Part shown: one piece after another, positions 11,057-19,722 of the stretch
Position numbering within the stretch: the first letter of the stretch is position 1
Layout: the number at the start of each line of letters is the position of its first letter
DNA from: Acholeplasma sp. CAG:878
GTDB taxonomy: Bacteria > Bacillota_I > Bacilli_A > RF39 > UBA660
Assembly: GCA_000432255.1 (NCBI GenBank)
Contig: HF989913.1
Span: 76,755-140,754, forward strand
Length of the DNA stretch: 64,000 nt
Direction: 5' to 3'
Program-made: the position numbers and the translations under genes
Notes under the pieces: model-generated
Told to the model about the DNA's origin: nothing
What the model saw: the letters and a program-made list of their open reading frames with translations, nothing else
Database searches by the model: none

Positions 11057-11136
11057 CGCTTTTTTGTGTAATAAATAATTTTTTTCTTGTAAAATATAAA
11101 AATTTATATTATAATAAAACGCATAGGTGGGGAAAT

Positions 11137-11940
11137 ATGGATGTAATTGTAATAGAACATTTAAATTTTAAGTATAATAAAAAACAAATATTTGAAGACT
11201 TTAATTTAACTATTAAAGATAAAAGTTTTGCTACTATTTTGGGAGTAAATGGTAGTGGGAAAAGTACACTAGCAAAAATATTGTTAGGATTATTAAAATT
11301 TGATGGGTATATTAAAGTTTCTGATTTAATGTTATCAAAAACAAATGTAAGAGAAATAAGAAAAAAAATAGGAATTGTTTTTTCAAATCCAGATAATCAA
11401 TTTATCGCTGAAAGTGTTAGAGATGATATAGCATTTACATTAGAAAACATGGGTTATTCAGAAAAACAAATAGAAACAAAAGTTAAAAATATTGCTAAAA
11501 AATTAGGCATATCAGATATATTAACTTTAAATCCAAGTATGTTAAACAATAGCCAAAAACAAATAGTAGCGCTAGCGTCAGCTTTAGTTCATAATCCTGA
11601 TATTTTAATACTAGATGAAGCATTAGAAGAAATAGATTCAATCAAAAGAAAGGAAATACTTATTTTATTACAACAACTAAACAAGGAAGGACTAACTATA
11701 TTAAATATAACTCACGATGTTAATGAAGCAATGTATGGTAGTGAAATTATTATAATTGATAAAGGAAAAGTATTAATCCAAGGAAAAAATGAAGATGTTT
11801 ACAAAGAAGAAAAAATATTTAAAAAGTTAGGCTTTGAATTACCTTTTATGGTTGAATTATCAAATAGACTTATGTTTTATGATTTAATAAAAAAACCTAT
11901 ATATGACATGGAAAAGATGGTGAATACATTATGGAAATAG
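11137..11940 (+). CDS. ecfA: ECF transporter ATPase component EcfA1
   Basis: Walker A GVNGSGKST; Walker B ILILDEA; signature motif degenerate (LNNSQ instead of LSGGQ); first gene of the conserved ecfA-ecfA'-ecfT-truA block. Confidence 0.85.
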   Translation: MDVIVIEHLNFKYNKKQIFEDFNLTIKDKSFATILGVNGSGKSTLAKILLGLLKFDGYIKVSDLMLSKTNVREIRKKIGIVFSNPDNQFIAESVRDDIAFTLENMGYSEKQIETKVKNIAKKLGISDILTLNPSMLNNSQKQIVALASALVHNPDILILDEALEEIDSIKRKEILILLQQLNKEGLTILNITHDVNEAMYGSEIIIIDKGKVLIQGKNEDVYKEEKIFKKLGFELPFMVELSNRLMFYDLIKKPIYDMEKMVNTLWK

Positions 11941-12770
11941 CATTTAAGAATGTATCATACACAGTAAAAGAACCATTTCCTAAAATTATTTTAGGCGATA
12001 TTAATATAGAATTTAAAAGCGGTAAAATAAATGGAATAACAGGTCAAGCTGGAAGTGGTAAAAGTGTATTAGCTCAAATGATAAATGCCTTAATATTACC
12101 CACAAAAGGTTCTATATTAATAGGTGATAGTGAAATATATGAAGGTAAGATTTTTAATATAAAAAATATAAGAAGCAAAATTGGCTTGGTATATCAAAAA
12201 CCAGAAGAACAATTTTTCCTACCAACAGTATTAAAAGAAGTATCATTTGGAATAACTAATTTTAAAGAAAACCAAAGGCAAAAAGAAAATTTAGTAATCG
12301 AAATCTTACAAATGGTTGGTTTAAATGAAACATATTTAAAAAGAAATCCCTTTACTTTAAGTAGTGGAGAAAAAAGAAAAGTGGCAATTGCTTCTATATT
12401 AATTCATGATCCAGAAGTTATAATATTAGATGAACCAACAATCGGTTTAGATAATGCAAGCAAAAAAAACATCATAAAAACAATTAAATCATTAAAAACA
12501 AAATATAACAAAACAGTATTTGTTATATCAAAAGATACAGATTTATTACTTAAAATTTGTGATTATGTTGTAGTTTTAAATAAAGGACAAGTAGTATTAG
12601 AGGGAAACAAATACGATGTATTTACTAATAAAAATTTAGAAGATTATGGAGTTAAAAGACCTGATATTATAAATTTTGAAATGCTTGCACTAAATAAAAA
12701 GAAAGTAAAACTCGGCTATCGTGATGAAATAAATGATTTGATGAAGGATGTGTATCGTTATGTTAAATAA
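11931..12770 (+). CDS. ecfA2: ECF transporter ATPase component EcfA2
   Basis: Walker A GQAGSGKSV; signature LSSGE; Walker B ILDEPTIGLD. Confidence 0.85.
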   Translation: MEIAFKNVSYTVKEPFPKIILGDINIEFKSGKINGITGQAGSGKSVLAQMINALILPTKGSILIGDSEIYEGKIFNIKNIRSKIGLVYQKPEEQFFLPTVLKEVSFGITNFKENQRQKENLVIEILQMVGLNETYLKRNPFTLSSGEKRKVAIASILIHDPEVIILDEPTIGLDNASKKNIIKTIKSLKTKYNKTVFVISKDTDLLLKICDYVVVLNKGQVVLEGNKYDVFTNKNLEDYGVKRPDIINFEMLALNKKKVKLGYRDEINDLMKDVYRYVK

Positions 12771-13512
12771 TTTAACAATTGGAAAATATTATCCAGTAAA
12801 CTCAAAAATACACGATTTGAATCCAACATTTAAAATAATTGCTACATTATTATTTGTTATATCAGTATTTTTAACAAATAATCTATATATGCATATAATA
12901 TTGTTTGCATTTTTATTACTGATTATATCTGCCTCTAATGTACCATTAAAAGCATATTTTAAAACAATTTATAGTGTTAAATGGTTATTACTATTTATTC
13001 TACTTATTAATTTGGTTTTTAAAGTGAGTTTAACTACTAGTATTGTAATGGTTTTAAGAATAATATATATTTTATGGTATACAACTGTTTTAACCTTAAC
13101 AACCACACCAATGGACTTAACCTATGGACTACAAAAAACATTAAGTCCCTTAAAGAAAATAATACCGGTCAATAGAATAGCCTTTTCCTTAGCCTTAGCT
13201 TTGAGATTTATTCCAACAATATTTGATGAAGCAAATATTGTATTAAAATCACAAGCAAATAGAGGTATTGACTATAAATATATTAATTTAAAAGGAAAAT
13301 TATTGGCGATTAGTTCTCTTATTATTCCAGTCTTTAATTTAACTTTACAAAAAGCAGATTTACTATCTGATACTTTAGAAGTGAGATTATATGACATTGA
13401 TTCAGAAAGAAAATATTCAAATTATAATGCTGTTGGAGTATTTGATATGTTATATTTAATTTCACATATAATAATAATTATATTAATAATAATAAATGGA
13501 GTGTTGAAATGA
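12748..13512 (+). CDS. ecfT: ECF transporter transmembrane component EcfT
   Basis: 254-aa polytopic membrane protein in the conserved position; start could instead be the ATG at 12759 (MLNNLTIGKYY). Confidence 0.8.
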   Translation: MCIVMLNNLTIGKYYPVNSKIHDLNPTFKIIATLLFVISVFLTNNLYMHIILFAFLLLIISASNVPLKAYFKTIYSVKWLLLFILLINLVFKVSLTTSIVMVLRIIYILWYTTVLTLTTTPMDLTYGLQKTLSPLKKIIPVNRIAFSLALALRFIPTIFDEANIVLKSQANRGIDYKYINLKGKLLAISSLIIPVFNLTLQKADLLSDTLEVRLYDIDSERKYSNYNAVGVFDMLYLISHIIIIILIIINGVLK

Positions 13513-14252
13513 GATATTTAATAACTTTTGCTTATGATGGGTCTAAGTATAAAGGCTATCAAAAGCAACCTAGAGTAAAAACAATTCAGGGGGAATTGGA
13601 GCGTGCTCTTAAGGAAATAAATAATGACAAACAGGTAGACATTAGCGCATCAGGAAGAACTGATGCAAAAGTTCACGCCTATAACCAAAAAGCACACTTT
13701 GATTTAGATATTAAAATAACTTGTGACAAATTAAAACAAGCCCTAAATAGTCTAATTCCAGGTGATATATATGTTAAATCAGTTGTTGAAGTTAAAGATG
13801 ATTTTCATGCAAGATTTAATGTGAAAGCTAAAGAATATATTTATAAAATAAATATGGGAGAATATAATCCACTTGAAAAAGATTATGTATATCAATATAA
13901 CAAACGATTAGATTTAGTAGAAATGGAGCGAGCACTAAAATATTTAGAAGGTGAACATGATTTTAAATCATTTTCTAAAACAGATGATGAAAAAGAAGAC
14001 TATGTTAGAACAATTATTCAAACTAATATAATTAGAGAAATAAAAGATGTTAATCATTTTACTATTAGTTTTTTAGGAACAGGATTCTTAAGATATCAAG
14101 TCAGAAACATGGTTGGATTATTAATTGAAATTGGTGAAGGAAAAAGAAAAAGTGAAGATATTTTAGAAATATTAGAGGCTAAAGATAGAAGAAAAGCAGG
14201 AATTACTGCTCCAGGTGAAGGACTATATTTAAAAGATGTATTTTATTATTAA
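13509..14252 (+). CDS. truA: tRNA pseudouridine(38-40) synthase
   Basis: Catalytic Asp context SGRTDAKVHA; 247 aa; conserved position after ecfT. Confidence 0.9.
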   Translation: MRYLITFAYDGSKYKGYQKQPRVKTIQGELERALKEINNDKQVDISASGRTDAKVHAYNQKAHFDLDIKITCDKLKQALNSLIPGDIYVKSVVEVKDDFHARFNVKAKEYIYKINMGEYNPLEKDYVYQYNKRLDLVEMERALKYLEGEHDFKSFSKTDDEKEDYVRTIIQTNIIREIKDVNHFTISFLGTGFLRYQVRNMVGLLIEIGEGKRKSEDILEILEAKDRRKAGITAPGEGLYLKDVFYY

Positions 14253-14254
14253 AT

Positions 14255-14288
14255 AACTAGGTTTTAATTTAAAACCTAGTTTTTTTAA
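14255..14288 (+). terminator. Rho-independent terminator after truA
   Basis: AACTAGGTTTT aattt AAAACCTAGTT followed by T7. Confidence 0.75.
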
Positions 14289-14314
14289 TTTCATTGCTAA
14301 TTAAAAATATTTAT
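14283..14314 (+). promoter_or_regulatory. Candidate promoter of the serpin gene
   Basis: TTGCTA, then 17 nt, then TGcTACAAT. Confidence 0.5.
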
Positions 14315-14346
14315 GCTACAATTTATGTGAGAGGAGAAATTTAAAA

Positions 14347-15999
14347 ATGAACGAAAACCAAATTAATTTACAAAACAATGGAACAAAACAAAAAAAATCA
14401 AAGAAAGGGTATATAATAATTCCTATTTTGGTTATTTTATTGGCATTATCCACTTTATTTATAATTAAAAATCTAAATAAAGAAAAAGAAATTGATAGTG
14501 AAATAACTTCAGAAATAAAAAAATCAGCATATCGAATTAATAGTAATTCTTTAGAAAAATTTGATTTATATTTTTTACAATTAGAAAATGGAAAACAAAA
14601 TAAAATTTATAGTCCACTTTCTATAAAATATGCGTTAGAAATGCTTGAAGAAGGAACTACTGGAGAATCTAAGGCTCAAATATCAAATATTATTGGTAGT
14701 TATAAAGCAAATAAATATGTTAATAGTAAGAATATGGCTTTTGGAAATGCGATTTTTATAAATGAATTTTATAAAGATTCTATAAAAAATGAATATGCTA
14801 GTAATTTAAAAAATAAATATAATGCTGCTGTTATAACAACACCTTTCGACTCACCAAATGAAGTAAATTCATGGATAAGCAATAATACATTAGGTTTGAT
14901 TAATAATCTTTATAATGATATATCACAAAATAACTTTTTACTTCTAAATGCTTTAGCAATTGATATGGAATGGGAAGAAAATTTCATACCACAAACAGGC
15001 GAAGTAGAATTTGCGATATACAACCACGAAAACTTTTACTGGTCTGGTGGGGATGAACTTATTCCTAAGAATTTTAAAGATATGGATGAAGAAGTATCAA
15101 CAATGGAAATAATTGCTTCATTTAATAACTATGACATTGTAAAAGAATTAGGCAAAGAAAATATTCGAAAAAAAGTTAAAGAAGAATATTTAAAATATTT
15201 AGAAGACGGCGGTTATATTGAACTTTATGAATATGAAATTTATTTAGGAGAAAAAATAAATGGCTTAAGCGAAGAAGAGATAAAAGAAAAATATTTAGAC
15301 GAATATATAGAAAAATTTCTAGATAAATATATCGAAGATATAGATTCTAATTATAAGAGGGTAGATAAAATAACAGATTTTTCGCTTTATGTAGATGATG
15401 ATGTAAAAGTATTCGCTAAGGATTTAAAAAAATATAATGGTTCACAACTTCAATATGTAGCAATTATGCCAACTAATGAAGATTTAGATAATTATATAAG
15501 TAAGGTAAAAGTTGAAACAATAAATAAATATATCGAAAATTTGAAAAAATTAAAAGCAGATAATTTTAAAGAAGGGGTTGTCACAAAAATAAGCGGATTT
15601 ATTCCTAAATTTAAGTTTGAATATCAATTAGATTTAATGAATGACTTGAAAAAATTAGGAATTACAAATGTTTTTGAAGAAGGTAAGGCAAACTTAGAAA
15701 ATATTTCATCAGATAAATCTTTATATATTAATGGTGCAACTCATAAAGCTAATATTGAATTTACTCAAGATGGAATAAAAGCAGCAGCAGTAACGGAATT
15801 CGGTGCAGGTGGTGCAGGTGCGCCATTTGATTACTTATTTGATGTGCCTGTTGAAGAAATCGATTTAACATTTGATAAACCTTATATGTTTATTATAAGA
15901 GATTTAAACTCTGGTGAAGTTTGGTTTACAGGAACAGTTTATAATCCATTGTTATATTCTTTAGATACAACTAATCCAATTCCTGGTGCTAGTAGATAA
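14347..15999 (+). CDS. Serpin-family serine protease inhibitor, N-terminally membrane-anchored (550 aa)
   Basis: Hinge-like GIKAAAVTEF and serpin C-terminal signature FDKPYMFIIRD; an N-terminal hydrophobic segment and a Lys/Glu-rich insertion make it ~150 aa longer than typical serpins. Confidence 0.85.
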   Translation: MNENQINLQNNGTKQKKSKKGYIIIPILVILLALSTLFIIKNLNKEKEIDSEITSEIKKSAYRINSNSLEKFDLYFLQLENGKQNKIYSPLSIKYALEMLEEGTTGESKAQISNIIGSYKANKYVNSKNMAFGNAIFINEFYKDSIKNEYASNLKNKYNAAVITTPFDSPNEVNSWISNNTLGLINNLYNDISQNNFLLLNALAIDMEWEENFIPQTGEVEFAIYNHENFYWSGGDELIPKNFKDMDEEVSTMEIIASFNNYDIVKELGKENIRKKVKEEYLKYLEDGGYIELYEYEIYLGEKINGLSEEEIKEKYLDEYIEKFLDKYIEDIDSNYKRVDKITDFSLYVDDDVKVFAKDLKKYNGSQLQYVAIMPTNEDLDNYISKVKVETINKYIENLKKLKADNFKEGVVTKISGFIPKFKFEYQLDLMNDLKKLGITNVFEEGKANLENISSDKSLYINGATHKANIEFTQDGIKAAAVTEFGAGGAGAPFDYLFDVPVEEIDLTFDKPYMFIIRDLNSGEVWFTGTVYNPLLYSLDTTNPIPGASR

Positions 16000-16062
16000 T
16001 TGTTTAAAATAGTATTAAAAGCGTGAATTCTAAGTAAAGTCACAATTAAGTGCATTACAACC

Positions 16063-16098
16063 AAAAATGTGTATTTTCATAAGAAAATGCACATTTTT
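16063..16098. other. 16-bp inverted repeat (1 mismatch), spacer 4: serpin terminator and/or operator
   Basis: AAAAATGTGTATTTTC ataa GAAAATGCACATTTTT, 64 nt after the serpin stop. Confidence 0.45.
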
Positions 16099-16270
16099 AA
16101 ATCATTTTAATCTTTTGCATGATAAATCTAGATTAATGCTTAAAGATATTATGTATTTAAAATTTATTGTACATTAATTGTGTACTTTCAATAAAAATTT
16201 TAGGTAAAATATTGAGAAATTTGTCAAAATATGGTAAAATGTCTACATATAATAGACGGGAGATATAAAC

Positions 16271-16975
16271 ATGATAAACTTCATATTAGTTGATGATGAT
16301 CAGAAGTTTGTAGAAATAGTAAAGGCTCTTATTAATGATAAGATGCTTAAAACAAAATTTGATTATAAAATACATACATTTTATGATTATGATAAAAAAT
16401 TTTTTGATGGTGTAGGAAAAATCAAAAATAATAAAATATATATTTTAGATATTGAAACAAAATCCGCTTCTGGAATAGATGTAGCAAGAAAAATTCGTGA
16501 TAAAGATGTTGATAGCGTTATTATCTTTGTAACATCACATAATGAATTAGGTTCTGAAATAGTAAAAGAACAATTGATGTTCTTAACATTCATTTGTAAA
16601 TTTACTAATTTTGAAATTAACCTACAAAATGCAATTACAAAATCACTAGAAATATTAAATCACAAAACAACAATCAGATTTACTGATACCTCTGTTGTTT
16701 ATACAATTCCAATTAAAGATATATTGTATGTTACTAGAGATAGTATCGATAGAAAGTGTATAATTAAAACAGATTATGGAGAATATAGAGTCGGAAAAAC
16801 ATTAGCTGATATAAAAGAAATAGCTAATGGTGAATTAGTTCAGACTCATAGGGCTTGTTTGATAAATGAAGATAGAGTAAGAACATATTCGAAAAATGAT
16901 AATACAGTTAAATTTGATAATGGCGAAACCATAGACTTGATTTCAAGTAACTATTGGAAGGAGCTAGCTAAATGA
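16271..16975 (+). CDS. agrA: AgrA-like response regulator (REC + LytTR DNA-binding domain)
   Basis: N-terminal receiver (ILVDDD...); C-terminal LytTR region (TIRFTDTSVVYTIPIKDILYV...VQTHRACLIN); translationally coupled to the downstream kinase. Confidence 0.85.
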   Translation: MINFILVDDDQKFVEIVKALINDKMLKTKFDYKIHTFYDYDKKFFDGVGKIKNNKIYILDIETKSASGIDVARKIRDKDVDSVIIFVTSHNELGSEIVKEQLMFLTFICKFTNFEINLQNAITKSLEILNHKTTIRFTDTSVVYTIPIKDILYVTRDSIDRKCIIKTDYGEYRVGKTLADIKEIANGELVQTHRACLINEDRVRTYSKNDNTVKFDNGETIDLISSNYWKELAK

Positions 16976-18291
16976 TTGATATATTAACGCTAATATGCAA
17001 TAAATTTTTACTTTGTGTAGTAAATGTAGCGGCTGTTTTGTATGTTATATCAGTAATTTTAAATAAAAAAATTGATTTTAAAAATTATAAAACATATTTA
17101 ATTATATTTTGTTTAATAATATTATTAATTTTAAATTTTTTACTTGTAAATGATTTAGTCAGAATATTAATAAGTACAATTATTGTGGGATTTGCCAATT
17201 ATTTATTGTTTAACGAAAATATAAAGACAACAATAACAAGTACTCTTTTAGAACAAATAATTTCTATTTTATCAGAAATAGTTTATGCAATATCAATAAT
17301 TGTTATTTTGGGAGCAGATGGACATACAATTATAAATAAGTTTTATGGTGAAAGTTTTTCAGTTATAATTATTTCACTGATAGCAGTATTAATAGTTAAT
17401 GTAAAGCCTCTAAAAAAAATATTAGCTAAATTGATTGAGTTGTCACAAAAATTGAAGTTTAATCATATAGCAATTAGTGCATTGTTATTTATTATTGTTA
17501 TTAATATATTATTAGTCGTTGTATATCACGAACTTGATATTTTATCATTGATGATATTAAATCTATTATTCATCTTTATATATGGTATTATTATTTATAA
17601 TAGTTTTTTAGATAAAAATAATATGACAAAAATGCAAGCAGAAAATAAAGCGTTATTAAACAACTTAGAAGAATATGAAAAAATGCTTGATTATCAAAGG
17701 GTAGCTAATCATGAGAATAAAAATCAACTTTTAGTAGTAAGGTCACTATTAAAAGAAAACGAAAATTCTGATGCTTTAAATTATGTGAATGAAGTACTCG
17801 ATGACAAGAAAGATGATAATGATGTTTTATTTGGACGAGCAAAAAAAATTCCTTCAGGTGGATTACAAGGAATTGTATATCAAAAAATGCTTGTTATGAA
17901 CGATAAAAATATTAAACCTATATTAGATGTTAGTAATTCAGTTAAAAAATTCAAACTTGAAAATCTTGATACCAAATTAAATTATGATATATGTAGAATA
18001 ATTGGTGTATTTTTAGATAATGCTATTGAAGAAACAGAAAAACTAGATGAAAGAGAAATTATGTTATCTATGCATGAACAAAATAATGATTTAGTTATAG
18101 AAATTTCTAATAAATTTAAAAATGTACCTGATTTAGAAAGATTAGAAGAAAAAGGATATTCAACTAAAGGCAAAGGTCATGGATATGGATTATCCTTAGT
18201 AAATGATATTGTAAATAACAATAATCAAATTATTAATGAAAAAGGAATTACTAGAAATATATTTACACAAAAGTTGATTATTAAAATGTAG
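16972..18291 (+). CDS. agrC: AgrC-like sensor histidine kinase (polytopic sensor + GHKL domain)
   Basis: ~200-aa N-terminal multi-TM sensor; HATPase region (NAIEET...; GHGYGLSLV); overlaps the regulator stop. Confidence 0.85.
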   Translation: MIDILTLICNKFLLCVVNVAAVLYVISVILNKKIDFKNYKTYLIIFCLIILLILNFLLVNDLVRILISTIIVGFANYLLFNENIKTTITSTLLEQIISILSEIVYAISIIVILGADGHTIINKFYGESFSVIIISLIAVLIVNVKPLKKILAKLIELSQKLKFNHIAISALLFIIVINILLVVVYHELDILSLMILNLLFIFIYGIIIYNSFLDKNNMTKMQAENKALLNNLEEYEKMLDYQRVANHENKNQLLVVRSLLKENENSDALNYVNEVLDDKKDDNDVLFGRAKKIPSGGLQGIVYQKMLVMNDKNIKPILDVSNSVKKFKLENLDTKLNYDICRIIGVFLDNAIEETEKLDEREIMLSMHEQNNDLVIEISNKFKNVPDLERLEEKGYSTKGKGHGYGLSLVNDIVNNNNQIINEKGITRNIFTQKLIIKM

Positions 18292-18322
18292 TTTAAAATT
18301 TTACTACATTTTTTTGTATTCA

Positions 18323-18346
18323 AAAACCCACATTTTTGTGGGTTTT
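18323..18346. terminator. Bidirectional terminator between agrC and agrD
   Basis: AAAACCCACA ttttt GTGGGTTTT, a perfect 9-10-bp stem flanked by A/T runs on both sides. Confidence 0.8.
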
Positions 18347-18372
18347 ATGATAAAATAGAATTTATTTTTTAA

Positions 18373-18492
18373 TTATTTAATTAAACTTTTTGGGCACTCT
18401 GGCTCATCAATTAAAACAACGAAGCAAGCTTGACTTCCAAGGCTAGCAACAAAAGAACCTACTGTAGCGATTAATCCCATTAAAAATGACAT
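18373..18492 (-). CDS. agrD: AgrD autoinducing-peptide precursor (39 aa; absent from ORF track)
   Basis: Hand translation of minus strand: MSFLMGLIATVGSFVASLGSQACFVVLIDEPECPKSLIK*. It has an amphipathic leader, a single Cys, then an acidic DEPExPK tail as in known AgrD propeptides; RBS AAAGGGGA 7 nt upstream; lies immediately downstream of agrB. Confidence 0.75.
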   Translation of the reverse strand: MSFLMGLIATVGSFVASLGSQACFVVLIDEPECPKSLIK

Positions 18493-18539
18493 ACTATTTT
18501 CCCCTTTCTATTCTTTATTATTTAAACATAAGCCTATAT

Positions 18540-19145
18540 TTAAACCTGATTTGCAAGATATGTCTTATAGTTATTATAAGGCAAATTAAATATTTTATAT
18601 ACCAAAGGTGAAATCATACAAGATTGAACAATTAATGATAGTATAAAACTATTTGATATAAAAGTATTATTTATAAATAAAGATGCAAATACATATATTA
18701 TGGCTACAAGCGTTGATAAAAACTTATAGACATTTCTTCTTTTTTGACTAACGATTGGTCTTTTATATGTATCGGCAGGAGCATTTTTAAAGAACAATAA
18801 TATTAATATAATTCCTGCAATTATTTTTAACCATATTGGAATTGTAACTGATTTTGCTAAATAAGGAACTCCAATAAATATAATACTTGAACTTAATAAG
18901 CAAATCCAACTTTTAGTAGCGTGTAATCCAAATGATGGCATCCGTATAAAGTTATATATAAGTAAGAATATTAATACCTCTTTAATTATTCCAAATAATA
19001 TAGATAATATAATAATAATTATGAGTTTACTAATTAACATATATATGCCTTCTAAACCATATTTAATCTCTGCTAATTTTATTTCGTCATAATCACCATT
19101 ATTTCTTAATAAATTGATACATTTATTTACAACATAATTCTTCAT
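18540..19145 (-). CDS. agrB: AgrB-like membrane endopeptidase (AgrD processing/export)
   Basis: 201-aa polytopic membrane protein with conserved His/Cys pair spaced 7 residues apart (FGLHATKSWIC), as in S. aureus AgrB H77/C84. Confidence 0.8.
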   Translation of the reverse strand: MKNYVVNKCINLLRNNGDYDEIKLAEIKYGLEGIYMLISKLIIIIILSILFGIIKEVLIFLLIYNFIRMPSFGLHATKSWICLLSSSIIFIGVPYLAKSVTIPIWLKIIAGIILILLFFKNAPADTYKRPIVSQKRRNVYKFLSTLVAIIYVFASLFINNTFISNSFILSLIVQSCMISPLVYKIFNLPYNNYKTYLANQV

Positions 19146-19264
19146 ATTTTTATTCCTCTGTTTCTAATGATACACCAAAAGCAAACAAAAAAACCATTAA
19201 CTTGTCCTAATTGTACGTTTTTGTGTCCGAAAACACAAAAAAATAAAAAAAAACAACAAAAAAA

Positions 19265-19298
19265 GTCATTTCAGACAAAAAATCGACTATTTCAGACA
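19265..19298. promoter_or_regulatory. LytTR-box-like direct repeat (two ATTTCAGACA units, 22-bp centre-to-centre) in the agrB-cspA intergenic region
   Basis: tcATTTCAGACAaaaaatcgactATTTCAGACAta; on the + strand it is followed by TTAACA, then 18 nt, then TGgTAAAAT (~19302-19335). Confidence 0.4.
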
Positions 19299-19455
19299 TA
19301 ATTTTAACAAATTTAGTTCAAAACTGGTAAAATGATAATTGCCTTTTGGTACTAGTAAAGAATGTCAAAATTTGATATATTAAAATTCTTGAAGTGGTTA
19401 GACAAATGCGTTATACTAGTATTGTAAGAGAATTACTAGAAGGGAGATTTCGGCA

Positions 19456-19668
19456 ATGCGTGGTAAAGTAAAATGGTTCAATAACGAAAAAGGTTATGGG
19501 TTCATTGAATACCGAGAAGGCGAGGATATCTTTGTACATTATTCTTCAATCTTATCTGAAGGATATAAAACACTAGTTGAAGGTCAATACGTTGAGTTTG
19601 AACTAGTGCGTACAGATAAAGGTTTACAAGCCAAAAATGTAGTAGAAATTAAAACTGCCTTAGTTTAG
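19456..19668 (+). CDS. cspA: Cold-shock protein (CspA family)
   Basis: 70 aa; RNP motifs [12 protein letters not shown] and VFVHYS. Confidence 0.9.
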   Translation: MRGKVKWFNNEKGYGFIEYREGEDIFVHYSSILSEGYKTLVEGQYVEFELVRTDKGLQAKNVVEIKTALV

Positions 19669-19679
19669 GCGTTTTTTTT
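19656..19679 (+). terminator. Weak hairpin plus T8 after csp
   Basis: GCCTtagtttAGGC followed by gTTTTTTTT. Confidence 0.5.
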
Positions 19680-19722
19680 CGCTATTTTTTAAAATTTATA
19701 GTATAATATTGTTGGTGATAGT

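Noticed and set aside
19200-19250. Hairpin TTGTGTccgaaaACACAA with flanking A-run as terminator of agrB-upstream region
   Set aside because: On both strands the poly-U run is on the wrong side of the stem for an intrinsic terminator.
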